A stretch of 64,000 bases of DNA from an uncultured Gemmatimonadales bacterium (lineage in GTDB: Bacteria > Gemmatimonadota > Gemmatimonadetes > Longimicrobiales > RSA9). Position numbers and translations under genes: made by a program. This document shows, piece by piece, positions 41,282-49,847 of this stretch (its first letter is position 1; each line of letters begins with the position of its first letter). The stretch is from the NCBI GenBank assembly GCA_963741945.1, contig CAVUKA010000004.1:224001-288000 (forward strand), given 5' to 3'. Below the pieces are notes generated by a model. It had not been told where the DNA came from. It saw only the letters and a program-made list of their open reading frames with translations, and did no database searches.

Positions 41282-41811
41282 CGCCGGTATTGATGGACGA
41301 GGAGGCGCGACCAACGGTCCGGGAGCGGTTCGGCGCGGCCATGGCCGGCGCGGTGTCCATGGATGTGGCCGTGGCGCGAATCCGTCTCGCCGCCCTCGAC
41401 CTGACGGAGCGGGAGCTCGGCGGCGTGCGGCGATGCCGTCTGCTTCTCGGCGAGCTGGACGCTTCGACCCTGCTGGATGCCGCGGAAAGTGAGACTGCGC
41501 GTGACCGCCTGCGCGCGTTCGCCGGGAGCGGCCGTCTCGAGGTCCGGTCTGCGGGACTCGGTGCCTGGTCTCCCGACTTCTGCGTGAGCCGGGGCACGGC
41601 CGGGGTGGTCTCGATGGTGGGTGCCATCTACTTCGGGAATCCGCGGCTCCTCACGGGTCCGGCTTTCACACTGGTCTCCGCGGAGGAGGACTGGGCCGCA
41701 CTCCTATCGGTGCGATTCGACGCGCTGTGGGAGCGTGGCCACGACGTCCTCCCCGCGATCCGGGATGTCCTGGATCGCGCCGACGGGCTGGAAGCACCGG
41801 CGCCTTCGTGA
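41278..41811 (+). CDS. Degenerate phospholipase-D-fold protein (no HxK motif)
   Basis: ATGA overlap with the MTase stop; PLD-like layout (MDVAVA, CRLLLG, GRLEVR, MVGA, RFDALWE) with WSPDF where HxK is expected. Confidence 0.6.
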   Translation: MTPVLMDEEARPTVRERFGAAMAGAVSMDVAVARIRLAALDLTERELGGVRRCRLLLGELDASTLLDAAESETARDRLRAFAGSGRLEVRSAGLGAWSPDFCVSRGTAGVVSMVGAIYFGNPRLLTGPAFTLVSAEEDWAALLSVRFDALWERGHDVLPAIRDVLDRADGLEAPAPS

Positions 41812-43161
41812 GTGCCCGTGCCCTCGGAATGGCGGGAGGACAGCCCGCGCGCCGTCGCGTTCCGGATCCTGGCGGAGCTCTTCCAGGAAGAATCGGCGGA
41901 TGCCCGTCGCCTGGCGGAGAACGCCGCCGGGGCGGGCATCAGGCTGCTCCCTTTCCAGGAGGCCGCGGTGGCCCGCGCCCACGCCATCCTCCGGCGTCAC
42001 GGCGGCGTGGTGGTTGCCGACGGTGTGGGGATGGGGAAGACGTTCGTCGCGTCGGCACTCATTGCCGGCGCCCTCCGCGACGGCGTGCCAGCGGGAGTCA
42101 TCGTGCCGCCGGCGCTGCGACCCAAGTGGCGGTCAATGCTGCGGGACATCGGGGCGACGGCACCGACCGCGGCCGTGGAGCTCGTTTCGGACGCCTCGCT
42201 CAGCCGTGGCTCCTTCCCGGCAGCCCTGTTCCGCGCCCGGCTGCTGGTCATCGACGAGGCGCACCGGTTCCGGAACCCTGCCACGCGACGGTACGCCGCC
42301 CTCGCCCGTCTCCTCGAGCCACGCGAAAGTCCGGGGCCACCGCGCGTGGTGTTCCTCACGGCCACCCCGGTGAACAACGCACCGGCCGACCTGTACTCGC
42401 TGCTTCGCCTGTTCGCACCGGACGACGCGTTCCGGCACCTCGGCGTCCCCAGCCTCGCGGAGGCGTTCGGCGCGGGGTCCACGGGCCGGCGCCGCGGCAT
42501 GGCCGACCATGCGGCCGTGCGGCGCGTGGCAGCCGAAGTCGTGATCCGACGCACCCGCGACGCATGGACAGCGCGCGTCCGCACCGCCTGGGCGCCGATC
42601 TCCATGCCGTTGCGGGCGAGAGGAGCGCTCACCCGCTGCGCTTCCCCCTGCGCCTCCCTCCGCAGCTCATTCACTACGACGGCACTGCGCTGGAGCTCGC
42701 TGCCGGCGAGCTGGCACAACTCGAGCTGCGCGCGCCCGAAGCGGCCGTGCGCCAGGCGGGCACCGGCGGCGCCCGCCGTCCCTCGGCCTCGGGGGCGGCG
42801 GAGCTCGTCCGGCTCGGCCTCCTCAAGCGGCTGGAATCCGGCCGTGCTCCCGCGCTCGCGAGCATCCGCCGCCACCTCTCCTTCCTGCGGGCGTTCATCG
42901 CCGCGGCGGAGAGGGGCCGCCTCCTGCGCGCCGGAGGGCACGGACCGGGGGCCCGGGCGGATGCGGATCCCGCGCAGCTGCTCATCCTGGACCTCGTGGC
43001 CGATCCGGTGCCCTCCGGCCTCGACCTGCGCGCGCTCGTTGCCTCGGCGGAGCGGGATCGTGCGCGGCTCACGGGCCTGCTCGCCACGCTGTCCGCGCCA
43101 GACCCGAAGGTGGCACGGTGCCGGCAGCTCGTCGCCGCCATCGCCCCGGAGCGCGTCGTGA
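41812..43161 (+). CDS. SNF2-family helicase, N-terminal RecA lobe (helicase-like sequence ends near 42560)
   Basis: LLPFQ, ADGVGMGKT, IDEAHRFRN, LTATPVNN, VIRRTR. Confidence 0.82.
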   Translation: MPVPSEWREDSPRAVAFRILAELFQEESADARRLAENAAGAGIRLLPFQEAAVARAHAILRRHGGVVVADGVGMGKTFVASALIAGALRDGVPAGVIVPPALRPKWRSMLRDIGATAPTAAVELVSDASLSRGSFPAALFRARLLVIDEAHRFRNPATRRYAALARLLEPRESPGPPRVVFLTATPVNNAPADLYSLLRLFAPDDAFRHLGVPSLAEAFGAGSTGRRRGMADHAAVRRVAAEVVIRRTRDAWTARVRTAWAPISMPLRARGALTRCASPCASLRSSFTTTALRWSSLPASWHNSSCARPKRPCARRAPAAPAVPRPRGRRSSSGSASSSGWNPAVLPRSRASAATSPSCGRSSPRRRGAASCAPEGTDRGPGRMRIPRSCSSWTSWPIRCPPASTCARSLPRRSGIVRGSRACSPRCPRQTRRWHGAGSSSPPSPRSAS

Positions 43162-44531
43162 TCTTCACGGAGTATCGCGACACCGCGCAGGCCCTCTGGC
43201 GAGCCCTCGCCGACTTCAGGGTGGCGCGGGTGGACGGCGGAGGCGGTTGGCTGGGACTCCGACCCGCGAGTCGGCGCGCTGTCCTGGAACGCTTTGCCCC
43301 GGCGGCAATGGGCCAGCCGGAGCCCGTCGCGCGGGAGCGGGTCGACGTCCTGGTGGCCACCGACGTGTTCGGAGAGGGGGTGGACCTCCAGGACGCACGG
43401 CACGTCATCAGCTTCGACCTCCCATGGAATCCCGTCCGGCTCCTCCAGCGAACCGGCCGCGTGGATCGGCTCGGCTCCCCCCACCGTGAGGTCGTGCCCT
43501 ACCTGTTCGTGCCGGACGGCGCACTCGATGCCCTCCTGGGCCTGACCCGCCGGATCCGGGGCAAGCTCATCGGGATCACGGGAACGGTGGGAGCGGAAGG
43601 CGCGCCGGACCTGCTGGAGTGCCTGGGGCGAGGGAGCGCCGCCGTGGCAGAGGCGCTCGACTGGATGGCCCTGTCCGGTGACCCGGTGATGATGGAGTCG
43701 CTGCGGCGACTCTGGGAAAGGACGCCGCGAGACGACGCTCTCGCCGCGGAGCGGAAACTGCCGCGGGGGAGCCGCACGGCCGCGCCCGTGGACGTGGGCT
43801 CGGACCCGGTCATCCTGGTCCGCGCCGCCGGGAAAGCGTGGCTGCTTCAGCCTTCGGCGGAGGACGGAGGCCCGGCTCTCAGGGAGGCGGACCACACGGC
43901 GGTGGTCACGATCCAGGCCGCGCTCCCGCTCCTCCATGCGGACCGCCCCGTACCCGCTGTCACCCTGGCCGCCGTGGACCGAATGGTGGAGCGGTTCCTG
44001 GCCGAGATCCGGTCCAGGCGGCGCGCTCCCGCGGCCGTGCCAGGGGGAGCGGCCGTCGCCCGGGTAGCCGCTGCGATCCGGACCTGGGCGGAAGTCGACG
44101 GAACGGCCGCCGGCCCGACGACCCTCGCCCGCGCCGACCGCCTGCTCGCCCGACTCGCGAAGCCGCCAGGTCCCGCCGTGGAGCGCAGGCTGCGCACTCT
44201 CCTGCATCAGCAGCCGGTCAGGGATGGGATGCGCGCGTGGATCACCGCCATCGAAGAAGCGCTCGGAGTGGAGCCGCCCCTGACGCCGCCGGAAGACTCG
44301 GCCGCGGGCTGGAAGCAGCCAGGCACCGCGGCCCGGCCGGATCCCATCACCGGCTCCCGCGCGGACACCATCCTCGCGCTGATCCCCGGCTCCTCCAGAG
44401 GCTGGGAGGCATCGCGTCGACGCCCGCCAGGAATGGACCGGGCGCCGCAGAACCGGCGCGTCAGCGGGCGGGCACACGACGCGCCGGGCCGCCCGCACGA
44501 AGCGGTTGACGGAGCCGGTGGCCCTGATTAG
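42564..44531 (+). CDS. SNF2-family helicase, C-terminal RecA lobe and tail in the -1 frame
   Basis: LRFP, LLKRLES, VIFTEYRDTA, TDVFGEGVDLQ, DLPWNPVRLLQRTGRVDR. Confidence 0.82.
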   Translation: MDSARPHRLGADLHAVAGERSAHPLRFPLRLPPQLIHYDGTALELAAGELAQLELRAPEAAVRQAGTGGARRPSASGAAELVRLGLLKRLESGRAPALASIRRHLSFLRAFIAAAERGRLLRAGGHGPGARADADPAQLLILDLVADPVPSGLDLRALVASAERDRARLTGLLATLSAPDPKVARCRQLVAAIAPERVVIFTEYRDTAQALWRALADFRVARVDGGGGWLGLRPASRRAVLERFAPAAMGQPEPVARERVDVLVATDVFGEGVDLQDARHVISFDLPWNPVRLLQRTGRVDRLGSPHREVVPYLFVPDGALDALLGLTRRIRGKLIGITGTVGAEGAPDLLECLGRGSAAVAEALDWMALSGDPVMMESLRRLWERTPRDDALAAERKLPRGSRTAAPVDVGSDPVILVRAAGKAWLLQPSAEDGGPALREADHTAVVTIQAALPLLHADRPVPAVTLAAVDRMVERFLAEIRSRRRAPAAVPGGAAVARVAAAIRTWAEVDGTAAGPTTLARADRLLARLAKPPGPAVERRLRTLLHQQPVRDGMRAWITAIEEALGVEPPLTPPEDSAAGWKQPGTAARPDPITGSRADTILALIPGSSRGWEASRRRPPGMDRAPQNRRVSGRAHDAPGRPHEAVDGAGGPD

Positions 44532-44534
44532 CTT
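44506..44534 (+). promoter_or_regulatory. Putative sigma70 promoter of tRNA-Asn
   Basis: TTGACG (44506-44511), 17 nt, TAGCTT (44529-44534), 11 nt before the tRNA. Confidence 0.6.
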
Positions 44535-44545
44535 CGGCCGTCTAT

Positions 44546-44618
44546 TCCCGCGTAGCTCAGCTGGTAGAGCAACCGGCTGTTAACCGGTTTGTCGCAGGTT
44601 CGAGTCCTGCCGCGGGAG
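44546..44618 (+). tRNA. tRNA-Asn(GTT)
   Basis: Acceptor TCCCGCG/CGCGGGA, D arm GCTC/GAGC, anticodon arm ACCGG-CTGTTAA-CCGGT, T arm GCAGG-TTCGAGT-CCTGC; CCA not encoded. Confidence 0.98.
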
Positions 44619-44622
44619 CTGA

Positions 44623-44677
44623 AACCGCCGCCGAGACCCCCTTGTGCCGCAAGGGATTCCGGCGGCGGTTGCGTTTT
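44623..44677 (+). terminator. Hairpin terminator after the tRNA, possibly bidirectional
   Basis: AACCGCCGCCG/CGGCGGCGGTT outer stem, CCCTTG/CAAGGG inner stem, then GCGTTTT. Confidence 0.65.
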
Positions 44678-44700
44678 GGGTGTTGTTTCCGGCGGCCGTT

Positions 44701-45909
44701 TTACCCGGAGCGTCGCAGTCCGAAGAGGGTCACGTCGTCGAAAGGATCGGCCTCACGGGTGTGGCTCCGCAGCGCTTCGATGACGGCGTCGAGCGTTTCT
44801 TCCACCGAGGCTCGCGGCTCGTCGAGGATGTGGATGAGCCGGTCCTGTGAGAAGGGGGCGCCATCGGGGGATCGAGCATCCACTACACCGTCCGTGAAAA
44901 CCACCAGGGTATCGCCGGGCTCGAGGCGTGTGTGGTCGCTATTGAACTCGAGGCCCGGGAGCATCCCCACCGCGGGCCCGGTGGGCGCGAGAACCGCCTT
45001 GATCCCGTTGCGCGCGGTGACCACCGGGGCGTCGTGTCCGCCATTTACGTACACGATCTCGCCGGTGGCCGGGTCCAGGATGGCCAGGAAGATGGTGGCG
45101 AACATGTGCGTGCTGCCGTGATTGATCGCGACGTAATCATTGACCGCTCCCATGAGGCGACGGGTCTGGGCGCGGGGATCGCCATCGGGGGTGAGGAAGC
45201 GGTCGCTCAGCGAGCGGAGAAGCGTGCGAACGAGGGCCATGAAGAGGGCGGCGCCGACTCCCTTCCCGCAGACATCGGCCACGACGATCCCGACGCGCGC
45301 GCCCTCGTCGAGGAGGAACGCGTCATAGAAGTCTCCAGCCACGGTGCGCGCCGGCTGGAACCGGGCGGCGAGCTCCCAGCCGGCGGGGGCGGGGAGTGTC
45401 TCGGGGAGGAAGCCGGCCTGGATGTCCCGGGCGATGTCGATCTCGCGCGCGAGGGCCCGGGCATAGAGCTTCTCGCGGTCCCGGAGCCGCTTCTTGGCCA
45501 GACAGGCCTCGACGCGCGCATGGAGGATCTGGGGGTTGAACGGCTTCGGCAGGTGATCGTCCGCGCCCATCTCGATGCCCCGGATCACGCTCTGGGTGTC
45601 GTCGAGGGCGGAGATGAGGATGACCGGCATGTGGCGGAGGGCTTCGTCGCCCCGGATGTGCTCGAGCACCTCGTAGCCGTTCATCTCGGGCATCATGATG
45701 TCGAGCAGCACCACGTCGAACGGCTGGCTGGCCATGCGATCGAGGGCCTCGCGGCCGTTCCCGGCCTCTTCCACGGTGTGGCCCCGCCGCGTAAGGCGAC
45801 GGACGAGCATCTCCCTGTTCACGGTGGTATCGTCGACCACCAGGATGTGGCCAGGCTCGCCGAGGATCCTGTCGCCTCCACCGGCGTCGGTCGCCGGGCC
45901 GTCAGGCAC
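44701..45909 (-). CDS. REC plus PP2C/SpoIIE serine phosphatase (RsbU/RsbP-like)
   Basis: LVVDD, LDIMMP, KPF; AGDFYD, DVCGKG, FTDG, DDVT. Confidence 0.93.
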   Translation of the reverse strand: MPDGPATDAGGGDRILGEPGHILVVDDTTVNREMLVRRLTRRGHTVEEAGNGREALDRMASQPFDVVLLDIMMPEMNGYEVLEHIRGDEALRHMPVILISALDDTQSVIRGIEMGADDHLPKPFNPQILHARVEACLAKKRLRDREKLYARALAREIDIARDIQAGFLPETLPAPAGWELAARFQPARTVAGDFYDAFLLDEGARVGIVVADVCGKGVGAALFMALVRTLLRSLSDRFLTPDGDPRAQTRRLMGAVNDYVAINHGSTHMFATIFLAILDPATGEIVYVNGGHDAPVVTARNGIKAVLAPTGPAVGMLPGLEFNSDHTRLEPGDTLVVFTDGVVDARSPDGAPFSQDRLIHILDEPRASVEETLDAVIEALRSHTREADPFDDVTLFGLRRSG

Positions 45910-46765
45910 TGGCCTTCTCGAGCGTGCGGTGCAGGTAGTCGAGATGGCTCTCGGTGGCGCGCTCCCCCTCTCGGATGACGTATGGGATCTGGTCGGTGTC
46001 GAAGAGGCCGATGCGGCGCTCGAACTCAGGCACGACCGTCACGATCTCCGCGTGGTGCGCGAGGCTGTGGAACGAGTAATTCGCCCGGAGCAGATTGTTG
46101 GTGTAGATGCTGTTGATCTGGAAGGCATAGCGGGTGGCGGACCGGACCCGTCGCGGGTAGGGGCTTTCGAAGCCCATGGCCAGGATGACGTCCGCGCCCT
46201 CCCGCATGGCGACGTCCACGGGAAGCGGATCGGAGAGGCAGCCGTCGAGGAGCCAGCGGTCGCCGATCTGCCACGGCTCCCAGATGTACGGGATGGCGAC
46301 GCTCGCGCGGATTGCATCCCTGACGCTCCCCTGGTCGAGGACGACCCGTTCCCCGTTCGCCACGTCCGTGGCGACGATGTAGAGCGGGATCGTGGCATCC
46401 TCGAAGGCGCGGCCGCCGAAGGGGCGGTCGAGGGCGGCGAGGAGCAGGTCGCCGTTGACCATCCCGAAGAAGCCGCGGAACCCGAAGAGGCGCGGCAACG
46501 CGGCACTGAGCATGGAGCGGAGGTCCCTGCGCTTCGTCACCTCGCGCGTCCACAGCTCGCGGGTGAGCCGCTCGCACTCGTCCACGGAATAGCCGAGCGC
46601 CATCACGCCGGCGTACAGGCTGCCGCCGCTGCAGCCCACGACCATGTCGATCTCGATGCCCTCGCGGGCGAGCACTTTCCACATGCCGAGGGCCGCAGCG
46701 CACTTGACACTGCCGGCGCCGATGACCAGCGCGACCCTCTTCTTCCGCCCCGTCGTGGTCTGCAT
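45902..46765 (-). CDS. Patatin-like phospholipase
   Basis: GAGSVK, GCSGG, RASVAIP, DGC. Confidence 0.85.
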   Translation of the reverse strand: MQTTTGRKKRVALVIGAGSVKCAAALGMWKVLAREGIEIDMVVGCSGGSLYAGVMALGYSVDECERLTRELWTREVTKRRDLRSMLSAALPRLFGFRGFFGMVNGDLLLAALDRPFGGRAFEDATIPLYIVATDVANGERVVLDQGSVRDAIRASVAIPYIWEPWQIGDRWLLDGCLSDPLPVDVAMREGADVILAMGFESPYPRRVRSATRYAFQINSIYTNNLLRANYSFHSLAHHAEIVTVVPEFERRIGLFDTDQIPYVIREGERATESHLDYLHRTLEKASA

Positions 46766-46778
46766 GATCCGCCCCCGC

Positions 46779-47129
46779 TCAGGCCGGGGCCGCTTCGCCG
46801 AAGCTCTCGACGGCGGCGTCCACGGTGTCGTAGAGCTTGAGGATGGAGGTGAAGCCGCTCAGGTCGAGCACTTTCCGGACGTTGGGCTGGACAGCGGCCA
46901 GACGCAGATCGCCGCCGCCACTGCGGGCGCGCTTCACGGTGGCCAGGAGCGCGCGGAGTCCGGCGCTGCTGGTGTAGTCGACGCCGCTCAGGTCGGCCAC
47001 GAGGCGTGTGTGCCCATCGTCGACGTAGGCCTCGAGAGTCTCCATGAGCGTGTCCGCCGTGAGGCCGTCCACGCTGCCCTGGATGGCGACGATCAGGGCG
47101 GTGGCCCGCGGTTCGCTTTCAATCTGCAT
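46779..47129 (-). CDS. STAS anti-sigma-factor antagonist (RsbV/SpoIIAA-like)
   Basis: DLSGVDYTSSAGL phosphoacceptor motif. Confidence 0.92.
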   Translation of the reverse strand: MQIESEPRATALIVAIQGSVDGLTADTLMETLEAYVDDGHTRLVADLSGVDYTSSAGLRALLATVKRARSGGGDLRLAAVQPNVRKVLDLSGFTSILKLYDTVDAAVESFGEAAPA

Positions 47130-47544
47130 CGGCTTCTCCCAGGTTCTTGACGAGCGTGAGGATGTTCCCCTGCTCCGTGGCCGCGCGGTAGTGGACCTCG
47201 TCCATGAGCTGGAGAACGAGGTGCCAGCCGAGGCCACCCTCCTTCCGGTCCTCCAGCGCGCTGTCCAGGTCCGGCTCGGGGGACTCGTGGGGGTCGAAGG
47301 GGGGTGAGCGGTCCGCGAGGGTGAGTGTGATGGCGTGCCCATCGTGGACGAGCGCGGAGCGGACCGGCCCGGGCTCGCCCTTGTAGCCGTGTCTGATGAT
47401 GTTGGTGAAAGCCTCCTCGGCGGCCAGGCGCACGGCGAATGCGGTAGCGTCCGGTGCGCCGATGCGGCGGCACTGTTCATCGACGAACGCGAGGAGCTCG
47501 GGCAGATCCTCGATGCGGGCGGAGTCGAAGGAGGGGCCGTTCAT
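47119..47544 (-). CDS. Anti-sigma factor / serine kinase (RsbW-like)
   Basis: EEAFTNIIRHGY, D..PPFDP, GGLGWHLV; C-terminal part of the 47119..50691 ORF. Confidence 0.9.
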   Translation of the reverse strand: MNGPSFDSARIEDLPELLAFVDEQCRRIGAPDATAFAVRLAAEEAFTNIIRHGYKGEPGPVRSALVHDGHAITLTLADRSPPFDPHESPEPDLDSALEDRKEGGLGWHLVLQLMDEVHYRAATEQGNILTLVKNLGEADAD

Positions 47545-47933
47545 CCGAGGGTCGGATCCGGCGCCGGGATCTCGCCGAGGAACGCCGACATCTTGTCGAG
47601 CAGCCGCTCCAGCTGGATCGGCTTGGTATCGAAGTCGTCGCACCCGGCGGCCATCGCCCTCTGCCGGTCGCCCTCCATGGCGTGAGCGGTGAGCGCGATC
47701 ACCGGGATCGACCGGGTCTTCGGGTCGGCCTTGAGCCGGCGGGTGGCCTCCCACCCATCCATGATGGGCATGCTGAGGTCCATGAGGATCAGCGCGGGAG
47801 GGTCGCTCGCGGCCAGTGCCAGCGCCGCTTCGCCGTGCTCCGCGAAGGACAGCTCGAAGCCGCGGCGCCGCAGCCTGCGAGCCAGGATCTCCCGGTTCAG
47901 CTCGTTCTCCTCGACGATCATCACTTTCATCAC
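47541..47933 (-). CDS. Single-domain response regulator
   Basis: ILMDLSMP, IALTAHAM, TKPI. Confidence 0.92.
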   Translation of the reverse strand: MMKVMIVEENELNREILARRLRRRGFELSFAEHGEAALALAASDPPALILMDLSMPIMDGWEATRRLKADPKTRSIPVIALTAHAMEGDRQRAMAAGCDDFDTKPIQLERLLDKMSAFLGEIPAPDPTLG

Positions 47934-47948
47934 GGTCCGCTCCCCCTG

Positions 47949-49739
47949 TCAGCGCGCCGCCACGGGGGACCCGATGGCGCCGAGAAGCGCCTCGAAGAGC
48001 TGTTCCTGACTGTAGCTCCCCTTCTCCAGGACGGCGTGGACGGTGCCGCCGAACCGAGCCTCCTCCTCCCGCGTCAGCTCCTTGGCGGTCAGCACCACCA
48101 CGGGGATCCGCGCGCCGGTCCCCCTGGCCCGGAGCGCCTCGAGGAAGTCGAAGCCGTCCATCCTCGGCATCATGATATCCAGCAGGACCAGAGCGGGTCT
48201 GGCGGATTCCAGCAGATCCAGCGCGTCCTCTCCGTTCTCCGCCTCGATGACGGCCCATTCCCGGCGCTCGAGGAGCTTTCGCAGCATCCCGCGCGTCGGC
48301 TCGTCGTTGTCCACGACCAGCACGGGACGGTCCGGCGCGGGTGTCGCCCCGGGAACGGAGCGTGCCGCCGGCGCGGCCGGCTCTGCTTCCGCCCGCTCCG
48401 CTCGCTCGCCGCTGGAGGCGGGCAGGCGGAGGGTCGCCGTGGTGCCGACTCCGGGCTCGCTCTCCATGGTGATGTCGCCACCGAGCATGGTGGCGTACCG
48501 GGCACTGATGGCAAGCCCCAGTCCCGTTCCGCCGTACTTGCGGGTGGTGGAGGCATCGGCCTGCGTGAACGGCTGAAAGATCCTGGCCCGCTGCTCCTCG
48601 TTCATCCCGATTCCCGTGTCGGCCACCCGGAAGACCACCTGGTCGCCGGAGGAGGTCGCCTCCCGCCGCACCGTGAGTCGGACCTCGCCGTTCTCGGTGA
48701 ACTTGCACGCGTTGCTCAGCAAGTTGAGCAGCATCTGGCGGATCTTGACCATGTCCGACCGCATCATCCCCAGCCCCGCCGCTTCGATCTCGAGCCGGTT
48801 GCCGTTCTTCTCCGCAGCGCTGCCGAGCGTTCCGGCCACGCTCTCCACCATGGACGGCACGTCGAACTCCTCGATGTAGAGCTCGACCTTGCCCGCCTCG
48901 ATCTTCGACAGGTCGAGCACCTCGTTGATCAGCACGAGCAGGTGCTCGCCCGCTCCCTTGATCTTGTCCAGGTCCGGGATGAGCTGCGGGTTGCCGCCGA
49001 ACTGCGCGTCCTCGATCAGGATCTCGCTCATCCCGATGATGGCGTTCAGCGGTGTGCGCAGCTCGTGGCTCATGTTGGCCAGAAACACGCTCTTCGACCG
49101 GTTCGCCTCCTCCGCCGCTTCCTTCGCCCGGGCCAGCTCCGCCCGCTGCTTCTCGATCTCGCGTGCGTGCTGCTCCAGCTGCTTCCCTCCCTGCACCGCC
49201 CGCTTGCTCTGGATGTGCGAGTGGTAGCTGAACACCGACCCGTAGGCGAAAATGCCGAGGATGCTCGCCACCGTGGGCACCACACCGGCGACGAAGCTCG
49301 TCTGGAAGCCCGTGATCAGGCCGACGGACAGCGCGCCCAGCACGCTCGCCAGGAGCCCGCGCGCGGCGTGGCGGATGCCGCCCACGCTGAGATTCCCGAG
49401 CTGGATGGCGGACACGAGCATCACGCTCGGCCAGAGGCTGAAGTACATCCCCGCGGCCGCGGCGCCCATGAAGAAGGAGTCCACGGTCAGGTTGCGCAGC
49501 TCCGCCGCCTTGGAGTTGCGGCTGTTGCGCGCCACCGCGTAGTAGAGGTGGGGGAGGATCAGGCCACCGAACACGAGCAGCGCTGCGATCCCCGGCGTGC
49601 TCCTCCCCGCGCCGAGGAACACGGAATACATGACCGCGGCGCCGACGGGGAACGTGAAAAGCCGGACGACATAGTCCAGCCGGACGATGGGGTGGACCGC
49701 AGACGCGATGGCGTCTCGGTCGGCTCGGACGGTTTGCAT
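47949..49739 (-). CDS. Hybrid sensor histidine kinase (MASE2-like membrane domain, HisKA, HATPase, REC)
   Basis: PHLYY...[10 protein letters not shown] membrane region; [37 protein letters not shown]. Confidence 0.92.
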   Translation of the reverse strand: MQTVRADRDAIASAVHPIVRLDYVVRLFTFPVGAAVMYSVFLGAGRSTPGIAALLVFGGLILPHLYYAVARNSRNSKAAELRNLTVDSFFMGAAAAGMYFSLWPSVMLVSAIQLGNLSVGGIRHAARGLLASVLGALSVGLITGFQTSFVAGVVPTVASILGIFAYGSVFSYHSHIQSKRAVQGGKQLEQHAREIEKQRAELARAKEAAEEANRSKSVFLANMSHELRTPLNAIIGMSEILIEDAQFGGNPQLIPDLDKIKGAGEHLLVLINEVLDLSKIEAGKVELYIEEFDVPSMVESVAGTLGSAAEKNGNRLEIEAAGLGMMRSDMVKIRQMLLNLLSNACKFTENGEVRLTVRREATSSGDQVVFRVADTGIGMNEEQRARIFQPFTQADASTTRKYGGTGLGLAISARYATMLGGDITMESEPGVGTTATLRLPASSGERAERAEAEPAAPAARSVPGATPAPDRPVLVVDNDEPTRGMLRKLLERREWAVIEAENGEDALDLLESARPALVLLDIMMPRMDGFDFLEALRARGTGARIPVVVLTAKELTREEEARFGGTVHAVLEKGSYSQEQLFEALLGAIGSPVAAR

Positions 49740-49847
49740 TGGCTGCTTCGGGTAGGGGGGCCGAAGGGACTACAATGTGCAGCGCGCCCGTGGGGAAGTC
49801 CATAGTCCCGCCACCGCCTGGCCTCCGGCGGCGGCCAAAAGCACCGC

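Noticed and set aside
37896-44531. Calling the module canonical DISARM or BREX
   Set aside because: No DrmA/DrmB or PglZ/BrxC genes, and the PLD protein lacks HxK.
44546-49739. Genomic island integrated at tRNA-Asn
   Set aside because: No integrase, no duplicated tRNA 3' end and no visible composition shift.
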